Of a DNA stretch of 64,000 bases, positions 48,281 through 61,542 are shown one piece after another (within the stretch, counting starts at the first letter, position 1; each line of letters begins with the position of its first letter). This DNA is from Macrostomum lignano (Eukaryota): the NCBI GenBank assembly GCA_002269645.1, contig NIVC01003531.1:28643-92642 (forward strand), in the 5' to 3' direction. The translations under genes were made by a program, and so were the position numbers. A model generated the notes under the pieces. That model saw nothing but the letters and a program-made list of their open reading frames with translations, did not search any database and was not told the origin of the DNA.

Positions 48281-51200
48281 ATGGAAGCAATTTTAGCTCA
48301 AATCGACAACCCTGAACTTAGAGCACAATTAATAGCTCAAATCGATGCACAACGAATTGCCGATAGGGCTGAAATAGAAGCAAGAATTAGGGCAGAAAAT
48401 GAGATACGTTTAGAAAGACAATTAAATGATATTAATAACCCCCAACCACAAGGACAAAATGGAGCTGAAGTAATATATATAGATATAGATATAAATACAA
48501 ATTATAAAGAATATTTTAAACAAATGAAAGATAAATTAAAGACCATATTAAACAATTATACTATAAGGCCAAATAACAAACGACAGCCAATTAAGTATAA
48601 AATAGAAGTTGAAACAGAATTTAAAAAACCAAATATTCTTAATGCAAATTCAGAAATTGAAGTAATAAATAACTTTTCACAAGAATCATATAAAACATTA
48701 TTATCAATGGGAAATTACAACAATCAATTCGATCAAATAGAAGCTGAGTTTGATGAATGGATAGATAAGATGACAGAAAACGGATCTGGGTTTATATTTG
48801 TTCATGTAATTCAGCAACAGTAAAGATTGCACCATAGAAATTCTTAAAGGACGATCACATATGAAGCTCAAATTTAAATCACCTATGATTATAAATCCAG
48901 ACAATAAAGATAATAAATGTTTATTATGGTGTTTATTAATTCATAAATATCACAATCAAGTAGAATCACACATTAATAAAATATATAATTATAGACAATA
49001 TGAGGATGAAATAATAATGAAAAACATATCATACCCAGTAGCAATAGATGATATATATAAGATTGAAAAAATGAATGGTTTAAATATTAATGTGTTTACA
49101 ATTGAAGAACCAAAAGATCTAGAAGAAATTTTAACCGATCCAGAATGGTATAAGAAAAGGTGTTATCTTGTTAAGCCAGCAACTGATATAACAGCACCAG
49201 ATCAAATCGATCTTTTGTACATGCAGCGCGAAAATGAAACACATTATATATACATAAAAGATATTAGTTCTTTTTTAAGAGAAAATAGAAATAGATATCC
49301 ACTATGTAGAAATTGTTTTACATTTAAAAAGGATGAAACAGCTCTTAAAAACCACCAACGATTTTGTTTAGATCACAAATTTACTAATGCTATAATGCCA
49401 GCATCTGAAGATGCAACCCTAAAGTTCCAACAACATTATATGGCAGTTAAAAAACCAATAGTAATATATGCTGATTTTGAAGCAACAAATGTTCCCTTAA
49501 AAGAATCACAGACGGTATCTGATGACGGTGAATGCAATGCACAAAAAAATTGGCACAACAGTTTCCGAATAGTTATTGTATATATGTACACTCTGTAGCT
49601 GATCATATATTTAAATCAAGGATGATTACTTACCACGGTAATGATGCAGCTAAGCACATGGCAGAATCATTAGTAAATGTATTTGAATATATTCAAAATC
49701 AATATGATAAATTATCAAAAAATATTAATATGACAAATAAGGATAGAGACAATTATAAAAATGCAACAAATTGTTTTATGTGCAAAAGACATTTAAGTAA
49801 GAATAATAAGATACGAGAACATTGTCATCTAACAGGAAATTATCGAGGGGCAGCATGTAGATCATGTAATGCAAAAGAAGGAAAAGGATGTAAGGAAATA
49901 CCAGTATTTTTTCATAATGGTTCCGGATATGATTTTCATTTCTTAGTTCGAGAATTGCTTCATTTAGGAAAGGATGAATATGAAATAAATATATTACCTA
50001 AAACATCAGAAAATTACATATCAATAACATATGGTAAGAAATACTCCCATCTAGTTTTTCTAGATTCCTTGAGATTCTTATCAACATCTTTAGCAAATGT
50101 TGTTTCATCATTAGTTCCAAAACCATGGGATTTAGAAATAGTAAAGAAAAACTTTCCAATCTATTGAATCGTTTCAAAAAAGAAAAACTATCCGAGGAAG
50201 AACTAATGCTATTAACTCGTAAGGGCATCTACCCATATGAATATGTAACATCTGAAGACGTATTTTTCATACCGAATTACCCCCAATTGAAAAGTTTTAT
50301 TCAACATTATCACAAACAAACATAAGTGAATCGGATTATGAACACGCTCAAAAAGTATGGAAATACTTTAATTGTAAAACATTTAAAGATTATCATAATC
50401 TATATCTTAAAGCAGATGTTCTCCTATTAGCTGATGCATTTGAAAACTTTAGGAATCATACATATGAGAATTTTAAAATTGATCCCGCATATTGTTTCAG
50501 TGCACCGGGATTAACATGGGCTTGTGGTTTGAAATACACAGATGTTAAGATTGATTTACTAACTGATCATGATATGTTGTTAATGATTGAGAGAGGAATT
50601 CGCGGCGGATTCTCGGGTGTACTAGGAGATAGATATACTAAAGTAAATAATAAATATCTACCAAATTATAATAAAAAAGAAAAATCATCATATGTATTAT
50701 ATCTAGATGCAAACAATTTATACGGTGGTTGTATGAAACAAAAATTACCAATAGCTGATTTCCAATGGGAAGATGACCCCGATTATTACAAAAATATTCC
50801 CGAAGGAAGGGGCTGTATCGTAGAAGTGGATTTGCAATATACTCGGGAAGCAAAAGCAAAAACATATAAATATCCTTTAGCTCCAGAGCATTGTTCAGTT
50901 AATGAAGATGATTTATCACAAACACAAAAAGATTATCTTAAAGCAGATAATGCAAAACATCTAGCAACAAAAAAATTAATATTAAATTTACATGATAAGA
51001 AAAACTATGTAGTGCATTATAAGCTTCTACAATTTTATGAAAAGCAGGGATTAAAAGTGTCTAAAGTACATCGAACAATATCGTTTATTGAGGAAGATTG
51101 GTTAGCTAAATATATTGACTTTAATTCAAATCAGAGACAGATGTCAAAAACAAATTTTGAGAAAGATTATTGGAAATTAATGAATAATGCTTTTTATGGA

Positions 51201-52245
51201 AAAACGGTTGAAAATATTAGAGATAGAACCCAATTCCATTTAGAAAAGGATATTGATAAAGCAAAGAAATATTTCTCAAAACCTAACTTTAAAGACTTTA
51301 TAAAATTTGATGATAACTTTATGGGTATTCATATGAGAAATAAAACAACAAAATTTCTTAAACCAATATTTATTGGAATGGTTGTTTTAGATTATGCAAA
51401 GCTGGTAATGTATGAATATTATTATGATGTTATAAATAAAACATGGCCAGATAACTATCCAATATATGCAGACACCGACAGTTTGGTATTTAAGGTTGAA
51501 ACAGAGGATCGGGCAAAGCCGCGAACCAAAGGTTCGATGTCTATAAAGATATGGAAAAAATTAAGGATACATTGGATACCTCCGACTATCCGGATAACCA
51601 TCCTTTAAAATCAGATCAAAATAAAAAAGTTGTACTTAAAATGAAAGATGAATTAAATAGCAAAATCATAACCGAGTTTATAGCAATAAGATCAAAATGC
51701 TATGCATTTAAGTTTTAGGACAGGAGGGAGAGGTAAAAAAAATAAAAGGGGTATCAAGAGCAGCAGTAAAAAAGATAACATTTGATGATTATAAAAACGT
51801 ACTTTTAGATTACCTTAATACAATTGAAAATTATCATGCTCCACAATATCGATTAAATTCAGATAAGCATCAGATGTTTGTCATCGAGACAGATAAAAAA
51901 ACATTAAGTCCATTTGATGATAAAAGATATTTAGATGATAAAATTAAAACATATCCATATGGTTTAAAAGAAGAGATAAAAAATATGATAAAAGATAAAA
52001 AACAAAAAGAAGATATAATAAGTAAATATAATGAATACAAAGCGGCAATAAATAATTATTATTACGATTGTGATTGTGAATCCGAATGTGATTGTGAATA
52101 TAATACATTTCTAGAATATGAAAAAGATATAGATAATTATTATTCAACATTTCCAAAAGAACTTAAAAAATTAAATAAGGAAAAAGTCTTGAATAACTGG
52201 AAGAGATTAACAGAAAAATTACTTATCGGGTCTGTAAAAAACTAA
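48281..52245 (+). pseudogene. polB: protein-primed family B DNA polymerase (pPolB), frameshifted in this assembly
   Basis: REHCHLTGNYRGAACRSCN, FHNGSGYDFHF, FLDS, RKGIYPYEY, YLDANNLYG, KLMNNAFYGKT, YADTDSL, FDDKR found in order across several frames. Confidence 0.95.
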
Positions 52246-52578
52246 AGCATGTAATTGTTTGAGCAAATCATTAACTTCAATTTCATATATTATTGAGCAC
52301 CAATTATCCTCACAGTCGGCAGGGTAACTTAAACAATCCTTTATTTTTTTCCTAAGTTTTTTTATTTTTCTAACCAATCTATCTATTTCAATTTCAATTA
52401 CTATTTCAGCATAAACAATATCTTGTCTTAAAAAACGTTTTCTTTTATCTATCTCATATCGGATGGGAAACATATCGTCCCCATACTCATGATATTTCTG
52501 AGATATAATTATATTTATTTTTTTATTAATATCATTAAGTTCACGCTCTTTAGTGATAAGGATTTTTATCGTATCCAT
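52219..52578 (-). CDS. hypothetical protein, 119 aa
   Basis: ATG ORF with AAAAATG context. Confidence 0.55.
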   Translation of the reverse strand: MDTIKILITKERELNDINKKINIIISQKYHEYGDDMFPIRYEIDKRKRFLRQDIVYAEIVIEIEIDRLVRKIKKLRKKIKDCLSYPADCEDNWCSIIYEIEVNDLLKQLHALVFYRPDK

Positions 52579-52593
52579 TTTCTTATAAAAAAT

Positions 52594-52926
52594 TTAGTCT
52601 TCGTCGTCATCCTCCCAAACAGCCGCCAATTTTACAGTCCTATCACTCTTTTTATTATTTGTTTGTTTTAGTTTAAATTGCAATCCACCCTCGTTGCAGT
52701 ATTTCATAACAAACGCTTTAGGTTTATTAATAACTAAAACAGGAAAATTTTTAACATCATCTCCGCTTAGACATAAAATTTTTTGCCCATCTAATTGTAA
52801 AAATATTGATTGAAGCCCAATAAATTTAACCTGTCTCAAACATATAATATTATATTCTTTATTCTCCAACATATTGGGTGTGAGATAATTAATCACATTA
52901 GAATCGGTTTTGAACCAGCTCTCCAT
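52594..52926 (-). CDS. hypothetical protein, 110 aa
   Basis: AAAAATG context; acidic tail. Confidence 0.55.
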   Translation of the reverse strand: MESWFKTDSNVINYLTPNMLENKEYNIICLRQVKFIGLQSIFLQLDGQKILCLSGDDVKNFPVLVINKPKAFVMKYCNEGGLQFKLKQTNNKKSDRTVKLAAVWEDDDED

Positions 52927-52952
52927 TTTTAATCTAAAAAAATAACAAAAAA

Positions 52953-53435
52953 ATGAAAGACATTTATGTTTGTAATAAATGTAATGTGACTATGCACAGA
53001 GGGCAAACAGCAAACGGAGATATATATCATATGTGTTATTCATGTTCTAAAATATATCAATTTGAAAAAACAAAAAAGATTGAAAACTCATATTACTATT
53101 TTAAAAACACAATTTTAAGAAATCTTACAAGAGACATTTCTGATCCAATTTTAATTCCCGGAAATAATGTTTATTTATATAATAACTTTTTCCATTTAAA
53201 TAAAGGAAAGGGATTAAGTTCGAAAGACTCCGAAAGGATTTTAATTTTAGTTGGATATTATTTCAATTTTCTTATTCGAGAGAATACAAAGTTTATAAGG
53301 ATAGGTAACATACCTAACGAAATGTTACTGAAAAAGTCATTGGAATTTTTATGTATTGATAAAAAATTTAAACCTAGGATCAGAAGAGAGTTACCACTTT
53401 GGGAAGAATATATAACATATGCATTAAAAAACTAA
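52953..53435 (+). CDS. hypothetical protein with an N-terminal CxxC..CxxC zinc ribbon
   Basis: CNKC..CYSC; AAAAAATG start. Confidence 0.55.
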   Translation: MKDIYVCNKCNVTMHRGQTANGDIYHMCYSCSKIYQFEKTKKIENSYYYFKNTILRNLTRDISDPILIPGNNVYLYNNFFHLNKGKGLSSKDSERILILVGYYFNFLIRENTKFIRIGNIPNEMLLKKSLEFLCIDKKFKPRIRRELPLWEEYITYALKN

Positions 53436-53495
53436 ACAACCTGAAGTTCTACAGCACTTCCTGACCGCGGGCTTTGTGCCCCAGTAGCAATAGTT

Positions 53496-54081
53496 TCAGG
53501 TTCGTAAATGCCTAATGTTTCTATCGGTGGAGCTTTGGGTTTGTCCAAACTCTTTTAATTCCATATCGGTAAAAGTTTCAACATCTAAAATTCTATTTCT
53601 ATCTTTTAAATATTTTTCATATAATTCAACCGCGGTTGATAATTCATGAATCGTTATCTCTCCGTCATCCAATATTTTTTGCACATATAAATATAATTGA
53701 TTTTTATATTGTTGCAACATCTCTTAATGATTTATATTTTTCCTTTCTTTTTTTAAGATATAATTTAATTGCTAAAAGTATTGATAAGTTTCTGATCAAT
53801 TCAAAACCTGATATTGAGCCAATTGAAATACCTAAAAATAATTGAGATAAATTAAGAGTTGGAATAGATTGTAAAATACCTAAAACGATTACACATAACA
53901 TTGATAAGCTTCCAAATCCAATATTGAAAAAATCCATATTTCTTATATGGTTTGAAACTCTTCTTACTTTTTTAGTATATAAATCATAATCATAATTTAT
54001 TCGATCAACATTACTTAACATCTGACCTTTACGTTGGTTGAACCGGTCGCGTTCCCATTTATCTGCTTCAGATACCGACAT
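53496..54081 (-). CDS. two-TM membrane protein (53704-54081), possibly continuing into 53496-53720 through a frameshift
   Basis: Two hydrophobic stretches, FFNIGFGSLSMLCVIVLGIL and LFLGISIGSISGFELI. Confidence 0.5.
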
Positions 54082-54394
54082 TCTCGTCTATTTTTAATAG
54101 CACCAAAATGAATTCCCCACGCTCTTTGGGGATTTGTCCCGAGCTCAATAGGTATTGTATTGGAGTTATTCTTTCTTTTTTCTCCCATTTAAATCCTATT
54201 TTCCAAAACTCTTGAAGTATAATATGATTTTTTAATAACTTAATTAATTCTTGAAGCTTCTTATTATCCTGAACATTTACAGTACTAAATAAAAATTTGG
54301 TATGAGATTTGAATGTTTTTATATTTGATTCTTGTTTAGGAATAGGAATAATAACATTATTTTGCCGCATCGATGGAGTTCTACTAAAAGCCAT
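54068..54394 (-). CDS. hypothetical protein, 108 aa
   Basis: ATG ORF. Confidence 0.55.
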   Translation of the reverse strand: MAFSRTPSMRQNNVIIPIPKQESNIKTFKSHTKFLFSTVNVQDNKKLQELIKLLKNHIILQEFWKIGFKWEKKERITPIQYLLSSGQIPKERGEFILVLLKIDENVGI

Positions 54395-54409
54395 TTTATA
54401 TATAAATAT

Positions 54410-56451
54410 TTAAGTTATTTCGGTTTGTGGCCGTTCCAAATATGCGGTCGCAGCAAAATCATATCCTGCTGATGTGCTACCACAAACGGCTGCACCACGA
54501 ATAAAATGTGCAGCATCCGATCCTCCAGTTCGAGCACCAAAACCCATAAGAGTTCCCGTTTTATCTAAATCTCCCCAAGTTCCGCTATCATATGTAAAAA
54601 AGTTTTGCCCAATTAGCGTATATGTATTAGCTGATACATTGTATGTGCTTATTTGATACCAAACTCTTTGATTTAAAATATTAATTTCAAAAAGATGCCA
54701 ATCGCCGTTATCAATATTAGCATAGGTTATAGTTTGATCTGCGTCATTAAGAACATCATTACGAACTGTTGCTCCGTCTGATTTTATATTGCTCCAAACA
54801 ACCCCAACTCTATCATGCCATTCACTCGCAAACACAATCAAGCCGGCGCGGGTTGTTAACCCGGATCCAAATTCACTTGTTGGACGTTCGTGACAATATG
54901 CATAAAACCAAACAGCGTCAGCACCATCTCCTGTAGCATTAGCAACTCGGAAATAGAAGGAGGCGGAGATATTACGAAAATGGGTGAAATTAAATTGCAA
55001 CGCTCCAGACTGACCACTTGCTTCATCAGTAATTCTAGCTCCATTTTGATAATCAATATAAGTAGCGTTACCAACAAAACTTCCAGTTGGAAAAATATCA
55101 CCGGCTGTGGTTGGGTTTTGATATCCAGTCCAATTGCAAATTACAGGCTCGTACAAAGCGGCATCGATTGCAGGTATTCCATCCAATTTTATTTTATCGT
55201 TAAAAGACATTCGGCCATCCGCCGTTTGTGTTACTCGCGTATCAACATAACCTTTAGTAACAACAGAACTGTTATTGTTTATAGTAGAGATATTAGTAAT
55301 TGTATTACCTCCCATATCAATTGATTGATTAACCACTCCCAAATTTAAATCAAGAATTGTAAACGTCTGTCTATAAATCTGGAAGGTTGACAGACCCGGG
55401 TTGGTTGAACCCGAGTTGATGTAAGACAGAACAATCTGAAATATGAATATGTTTTATCAAAATTTTGTGTGACATTAATTGTTTGAGTTGAGTTATTTAT
55501 TGCTACAGAACTATCCGCAGGTATTAATACGTCCCAACTTGTATTGTCATTACTTCCCTCAAATCGCCATGATGCTGGGTGCTCGGTTGAAGGTGATGGC
55601 CTACCACGTAAATCAATTTTATAACACATTATTGCGGAAGGGCATTGGACTTGAATCCAATAATCGGTTTGAGTATTATTTGTTGCCCAATCTGTTGAAT
55701 CATTTCCATCAAACGCTTTCCAACTTGCAAAATCAGTTGTATTAAATGCAGTGCTTGCGGTTATTGCAAAACCATTTCCACTCCAATCTGCCATGGTAGG
55801 TATGTGACCAGTTTCAACCGTTTGGAATCGATCCTGCTTTAAGGCTCCACCCCAACTAAATTATCAACCTCCGTTTTGGTATAGGAATCAGTTATATCTC
55901 TTTTTAAATTTAAGGAATTATCAACTTCAGTTTTGCTATAAGAATCAGTTATATCTCTTTTTAAATTTAGGGAATTATCAACTTCGGTTTTGGTATAGGA
56001 ATCAGTTATATCTCTTTTTAAATTTAGGGAATTATCAACTTCAGTTTTGGTATAGGAATCAGCAACATTCTTTTAAATTTAGGGAATTATCAACTTCAGT
56101 TTTGGTATAAGAATCGGCCGTATTGCGTTTTAAATTTAATGAATCATCTATTTGAGTTCGAGAATAAGAATCAGTTATATCTCTTTTTAAATTTAACCCA
56201 TTGTCAACCTCTGTTTTTGTATATGAATCGGCTACGTTCCGTTTTAAATTTAGGGAATTATCTATTTGAGTTTTGGTATAGGAATCTGCAACATTTCTTT
56301 TTAAATTTAGTTTAGTATCAACTTCACTTTTTTTATAACCTTCATCTTCATTAATATATCGGTTATCTCCGAATGTAACACTTATTCCACCAGAAGTACC
56401 ACCACCAGTACTTGATGTTCCGTTCCATGAGGGTGTTCCAGAAAATAACAT
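54410..56451 (-). CDS. fibre-like protein (~680 aa reconstructed): 19-aa repeats, F5/8-C discoidin domain, shaft motif, L-type lectin-like domain; three frame breaks
   Basis: YTKTEVDNSLNLKRN repeats; ASWKAFDGNDSTDW..WIQVQ..WRFEGSNDNTSW; IDMGGNTITNI..VTKGYVD; GQSGAL..GDGADAVWF..GDWHLFEI. Confidence 0.8.
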
Positions 56452-56461
56452 TTTTTACTGT

Positions 56462-57112
56462 CTATTTTATAGAGTCTAAAATCATCTTAAATACTTCGGG
56501 GTTTACACGAGCTTCATTCGAAAGTCGATATAAAAAATACAACGCCGCCTGCCCGCAATAACTTTTATCAAATGTTTGAAATTGTTCGTGATGATCTCCA
56601 CATAAACGATTTTTAGTATGATTAAATTTATCTTTTATTTCCTGTAACGGAGGAAGCGCGTATGAATCAAAAAAATAAACAAGTTTTGGTTTTGAATAAA
56701 CTGCTGACCAATGAACACCATTTTCTTTTGTTGTTTCAATATTAACAATGAAAGATCCATATTGTGGTAAGTCTTTTATCTCATCTCGCATAACACATCT
56801 GAATGGTTTTATTTTTAACTGCCGCGCCCAATTTGTTAATTCGATATTGCTTGTTGTGTCTGTTCCATATCTTTGTTTAAAATCATCCCACGTCATGGTC
56901 ATTTTATGTTCCTGAAAAACTTTGGTTTTAGTTAGTTTCGTAGGTGTGGGTTTTAACAATTCCTTTCTTATTTTATCAGCTTGTAACTGCCTTAATTTTG
57001 CTAGTTCTAGTTCGTAATTATCTTCAGCTTTTTTAACTTTTTCTGATTGTTTTTTTAGTAAATTATTATTATTATCGTGCTTTGCACGCGAACATGTTGT
57101 TCGATTACCCAT
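56462..57112 (-). CDS. adenain-like maturation cysteine protease (PRO)
   Basis: GVHWSAV, YFFDSY, QFQ..SYCG catalytic H/D/Q/C order; protease domain begins near MTMTWDDF. Confidence 0.9.
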   Translation of the reverse strand: MGNRTTCSRAKHDNNNNLLKKQSEKVKKAEDNYELELAKLRQLQADKIRKELLKPTPTKLTKTKVFQEHKMTMTWDDFKQRYGTDTTSNIELTNWARQLKIKPFRCVMRDEIKDLPQYGSFIVNIETTKENGVHWSAVYSKPKLVYFFDSYALPPLQEIKDKFNHTKNRLCGDHHEQFQTFDKSYCGQAALYFLYRLSNEARVNPEVFKMILDSIK

Positions 57113-57153
57113 TTTTACTATAGGAAACGGACAAAGTCCGCGAACCTTCGGTT

Positions 57154-57934
57154 CTAAACCTGTTTTATACGTAAAATTACTGTTATTGATTGCCCACCAA
57201 AACTTATTAATCTATCGCTTTCATCTACAATCCTAATATAAATTGATTGAACATTATATTGATTTAATGGGTAATATATTGGGGTTTGAGGTGAACAATC
57301 ATTTTCTCTCCAATTGGAACAGCAAGAAATGGGATTGAATAAATAATTCCACGTTGAACCAAAACTCCATTATTATCTGTTATATAACCACCGTTTGAAT
57401 GTCGGTTGTTATATTAATTGTATTACTCCACCCTCATATTTCCAACTGTATCACCGGTGCTTGATGTGGTAACTATTCGGGAATTAAATCCAAGTATGGT
57501 TCTGAGTGAATTTGCAATTGTGAAATCAACCTGATATCCGGATCCTAGTGATAGTGTGAATCTGCCAGACGGTAAATCAACACCTATAACAATTGCTCCT
57601 GCTACCCAATCACCATTAGTTGTTAATTCTCCTTCTATATAAGCATTCAAATCAGTATAGCTATACGCTCCTGGGTTAACGCTAAATGTTGTCCAATTGG
57701 CTCCGGAATCTTTAGAATATCTAAATTGATTATTTGTTGCATTAATTAATTGAGGCATGTTAAAACCGAAAATAGTATTAAACCTATTTGATAACTTAGG
57801 CTTTGATCAAGTTGTAATGGATCGCGCAATTGAATCCGTTGCTCGCTGGTTGTCATTATAAACTGTAATGTTGTACTAAATTTTGAATTAGTTCGATCTA
57901 CCAATTGTTTTATAGTATCTAAATTTGTAGTCAT
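57154..57934 (-). CDS. minor capsid protein (penton-like), frameshifted
   Basis: NNQFRYS..PGAYSYTDLN, NSLRTILGF and C-terminal IRIVDESDRLISFGG; position between ATPase and PRO. Confidence 0.8.
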
Positions 57935-57936
57935 TT

Positions 57937-58746
57937 TTATAGTGGGAAATTATTGCTATGTCTCTCTTCCTCATTATCTTCTTTTATCAAATTTGTTAAA
58001 ATTCTATGTTTCCTTTCTAACCTCGGATTGATATAAATATGTTTGTATTGGCTATCATCCCAAATTTTTTTACACATACTTTTAAATGGTTTTGCATCCA
58101 ACCGGGATTAAATCTAGCGTGTATATTTTGTAAATCATAATTATCTAAATCAAACATTACACAACAACTAGCATTCTTTTTTATAATCGATTCTAATTCT
58201 CTAAAGGATTGAGTAAGATAAAAAGCTCCAATTCCATCTCCTCTACCACTAACAAAAATTTCCTTTTGCAATTCTTGATCACCGTCATTAATACAATCAT
58301 CAAAAATAATTAGTGTTTTATCATGTTTTGGAATTTGATCATAGGCTAATCGGGTTGATACTCTAACAGTTGGGGCTCGATCGGACGAAGTCCGCGACCC
58401 TTCGGGCGATCGTGATGTTTTCTGGCTGTTGTGCCATTGTTTTACATAAATCCTCAATGTCTGCTAGATTAAATCGCGGTTCGTCATCATCCTCATATTG
58501 CTCATATGCTCTTAACATTCTAAACAAGACATCTTTTTTTAATTTGTTTTTTAATCCATGTTTAAGAAATTCATAATATTTTATTCTAGGTTTATTAGTA
58601 TAAATTATTAAATTATTATAGTCTAACATTCCATCTGTTGTTAATAAATCGTAAACAAAGTGTGTTTTTCCTTTACCTGATCCTCCGATTACTAAACAAA
58701 GAAAAGGATCATTTGGAAATATCTTATCGTGTTTTGCCTTTACCAT
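57937..58746 (-). CDS. A32/FtsK-like packaging ATPase, frameshifted
   Basis: Walker A GGSGKGKT, Walker B LIIFDD, SGR..YLTQS. Confidence 0.9.
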
Positions 58747-58797
58747 TTTTAAAGAAATAATTTAAATAGGCGCGACGGTCGGAGACCTGCACTCATT

Positions 58798-60266
58798 TTA
58801 CAATGGCGCGTCCCGAACAATCGTGCCATCAGCTTTAGCAATTGACATATATTCCTCTAGAAACAATACGTGGGCGTCAAGTGCCTGATTACCGGTTTTA
58901 TTAATCTCTAACATATAATTAAGTCCAATATTGGCTACGTTTTCTTTCTGTGCCGTTAGATCATAAACAACCACTGGATGAATGTTTAGAAACTCTGTGG
59001 GTGTGTACTGAGGGACGGCATACGCTTCATTTTTGGCATAATCTTGATAATATTTTATAAAATCATTAACATTATTATTTGCTATATTTAATTAGGGTCT
59101 TTAACCGGATAATATTGATCATCAACCTGCAGGCGGATATTCTGAACATTAAACTCGTTAATAGCTGCAGCCGCATTGTCTGTTGCGGTGGCTGCTTGTT
59201 CTGCTATGGCACCGGATTGAAGCCAATATAAATCCCCATTTGCTCTTTTACTCCTTCTATTTGTTATCTTAAACCAAACAAAAATATATCTCACCCGACG
59301 TTTTGATGTCAGTATTTGCCACTGGAATGAATCCTGGTTATTATTAATGGTTCGCATAAAATGTCGACGATTCAAATAAAATATTTCCTGATCATGCGTT
59401 AACTGATTATCGATGTGTTTTAAAAGTGGGGCTGTTACCTCAATAGTTGGTACGACTAATTGAATTGAATCTATACGAACTGCTATATCGGTTGAAATTG
59501 AGGTTCCATAAAGTATCCTAGGCTGATATCCACCAGATATTTGCAACTGTATCCCAAATTTTAATCCTTTCCATACCCGATTTGGTGAGAAAAACCCAAA
59601 TAGTGGAAAGATTGAAAAGTCCTGCTCATATGCTGTTGCTGTGGTTAAAACCGCGACTGGGAATTTATTCTGACGATCTATAAAACCAGTATTAATATCT
59701 TTTGTATTAGTCATAGTGGTTACAACTGGAACTATGTTTGTATTAAGGTAAACAATTAGCGCTGCAGTATCTGCACCGGCTGCGTTTTGTACATTAGGGA
59801 AAACTACTGCTTGACCGTTACCTTTATCCGGCATCCACCCAACATTATCACCAACTTGTTTTGATAAATAAGTATAATTTAAATGTTTCAAAACTCCATT
59901 AATCTCTGCGGGGTTTGATGATGTCTCAACCTCAGCACCATTAACAGTTAGTTGAGCTTGGGAAAAACATTTATAAAACCAATCATTTTCTATTATTATT
60001 CCGGATCGATCTGCGATATCTCCGGCTGCAAGAGCAGTTCCATCATTTCTAGTATACAACCATCTAACGCGGAAAAACGCATTTTTCATATCCAATATAG
60101 TGTTGGTTGCGCCGATGTCAAAAGTTACCGTTCCAGTAGTAAAGTTATTTGAATTATCACTTGTTGGTAGGGTATAATTTAAATCTCTTGCTCTGACCTC
60201 ATTAATATACTGTCGGTGCTTTTTGAAATGAAATTTATCACTCCACATAGTTTTTGTTTCAGCCAT
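58798..60266 (-). CDS. major capsid protein (double jelly-roll, hexon-like), ~490 aa; one frame break near 59086
   Basis: ILDMKNAFFRVR, FSQAQLTVNGAEVE, RVRYIFVWF, IRLQVDDQYYP, then FLNIHPVVVYDLT in the next frame. Confidence 0.85.
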
Positions 60267-60300
60267 TTTTTTAAGTTAAAAAAGTTTTTTATGTTAAAAA

Positions 60301-60969
60301 ATGAGTCAATTTATGGACGTTGATGGAGAGTTAGCGATTTATAAAGAGAAGCAAAGATATTCTGATTTTGTTAGAAATTTACAAAAAAGAAAGTTAGGAA
60401 TACAATTAGCTGGTGAAAGATTTGCTGCTCCTTTTGTTAATCCTATTACTGGGAAAATTAGTGAACTAGAAAAAACAGATAAAGATCTTCTGGAAAAAAT
60501 TGCTAAAAATACTGAGCCAAAAGAGGATGAAATTTTGGATGAGCCGCCTGCTTATGATGTTGATCAAGCTCAATTGAGAGTTGCAGAGATTAGGGCTGCA
60601 GAAAGGGGTGGAGTTGATGAATATCCGAGAGCTGCACCAACTAGTATTGCTGTGACAGATTTAGGTAATAATAATTATCGAATTGGTGGAGTTGATAAAA
60701 ATCGAAATGAACTATATAGAGAATTGGGCGGAGCATATAATATTGTTATGAACCCTAGGGTAAAATTTAACCCTGATTATATACTAGGGATGAATTAGTA
60801 AGTGCAAAAATTTTTTATGATGAGTTAGGAGTAAGAGCTGTAAAAATACCAGCTTGTATAAAAGGATTGTTAATTCTATAAATAACAAACCAGCTGTTGG
60901 AGAAGGATTTAAAACACCGCGAAAACTTGTTTTAGCTGCTGCGAAAGCTGCTGGACATACTGGAGTTTA
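60301..60969 (+). CDS. conserved uncharacterised Polinton protein, frameshifted near 60790
   Basis: 165-aa ORF plus a downstream frame ending VGEGFKTPRKLVLAAAKAAGHTGV. Confidence 0.55.
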
Positions 60970-60997
60970 ATTAATTGTTAAATTTATTTTTTATAAA

Positions 60998-61542
60998 ATG
61001 GAAACTAAAAAGATTTGTAGTCGATGTAAAGAAGAGAAACCAATGACTAAAGATTTTTTTAGATGGAGAAATGATTCAAAAAAATTTAGAAATGATTGTC
61101 GATCTTGTGAGAAAGTTATATCAAAACTGTGGAATAAAAACAATAAAGAATATATAAAAAATAAATATCACACTGATGAAAATTACAAACTTATTATCAC
61201 CTCACGAAATAGAATAAATCAACTATTAAAATCAAATAATGCTCGAAAAAATAATCATACTATTGATTACCTTGGTTGCTCAATTGAATTCTTTATTGAT
61301 TGGTTAAATTTCACAAAACATTATTATGTTCAAAAGACTATGGTGGTGCTTTACATATTGATCATTTTATTCCTGCTTCTTCATTTAATTACAAAGACGA
61401 AGATCATATGAAAAAGTCTGAACATTGGACAAATAAAAGATACTTAGCTGCTATTGATAATAAAACTAAATTTGTTAAACAACCAACAATTGAAGAATTT
61501 GCAAAACAATTGGTGCTATCATGTATTTTTAAGGCTATAAAA
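60998..61542 (+). CDS. HNH-family endonuclease (NCLDV/phage type), one frame break near 61330
   Basis: N-terminal CSRC..CRSC, YLGCS..F, HIDHFIP..F..EHWTN....DN..K. Confidence 0.8.
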
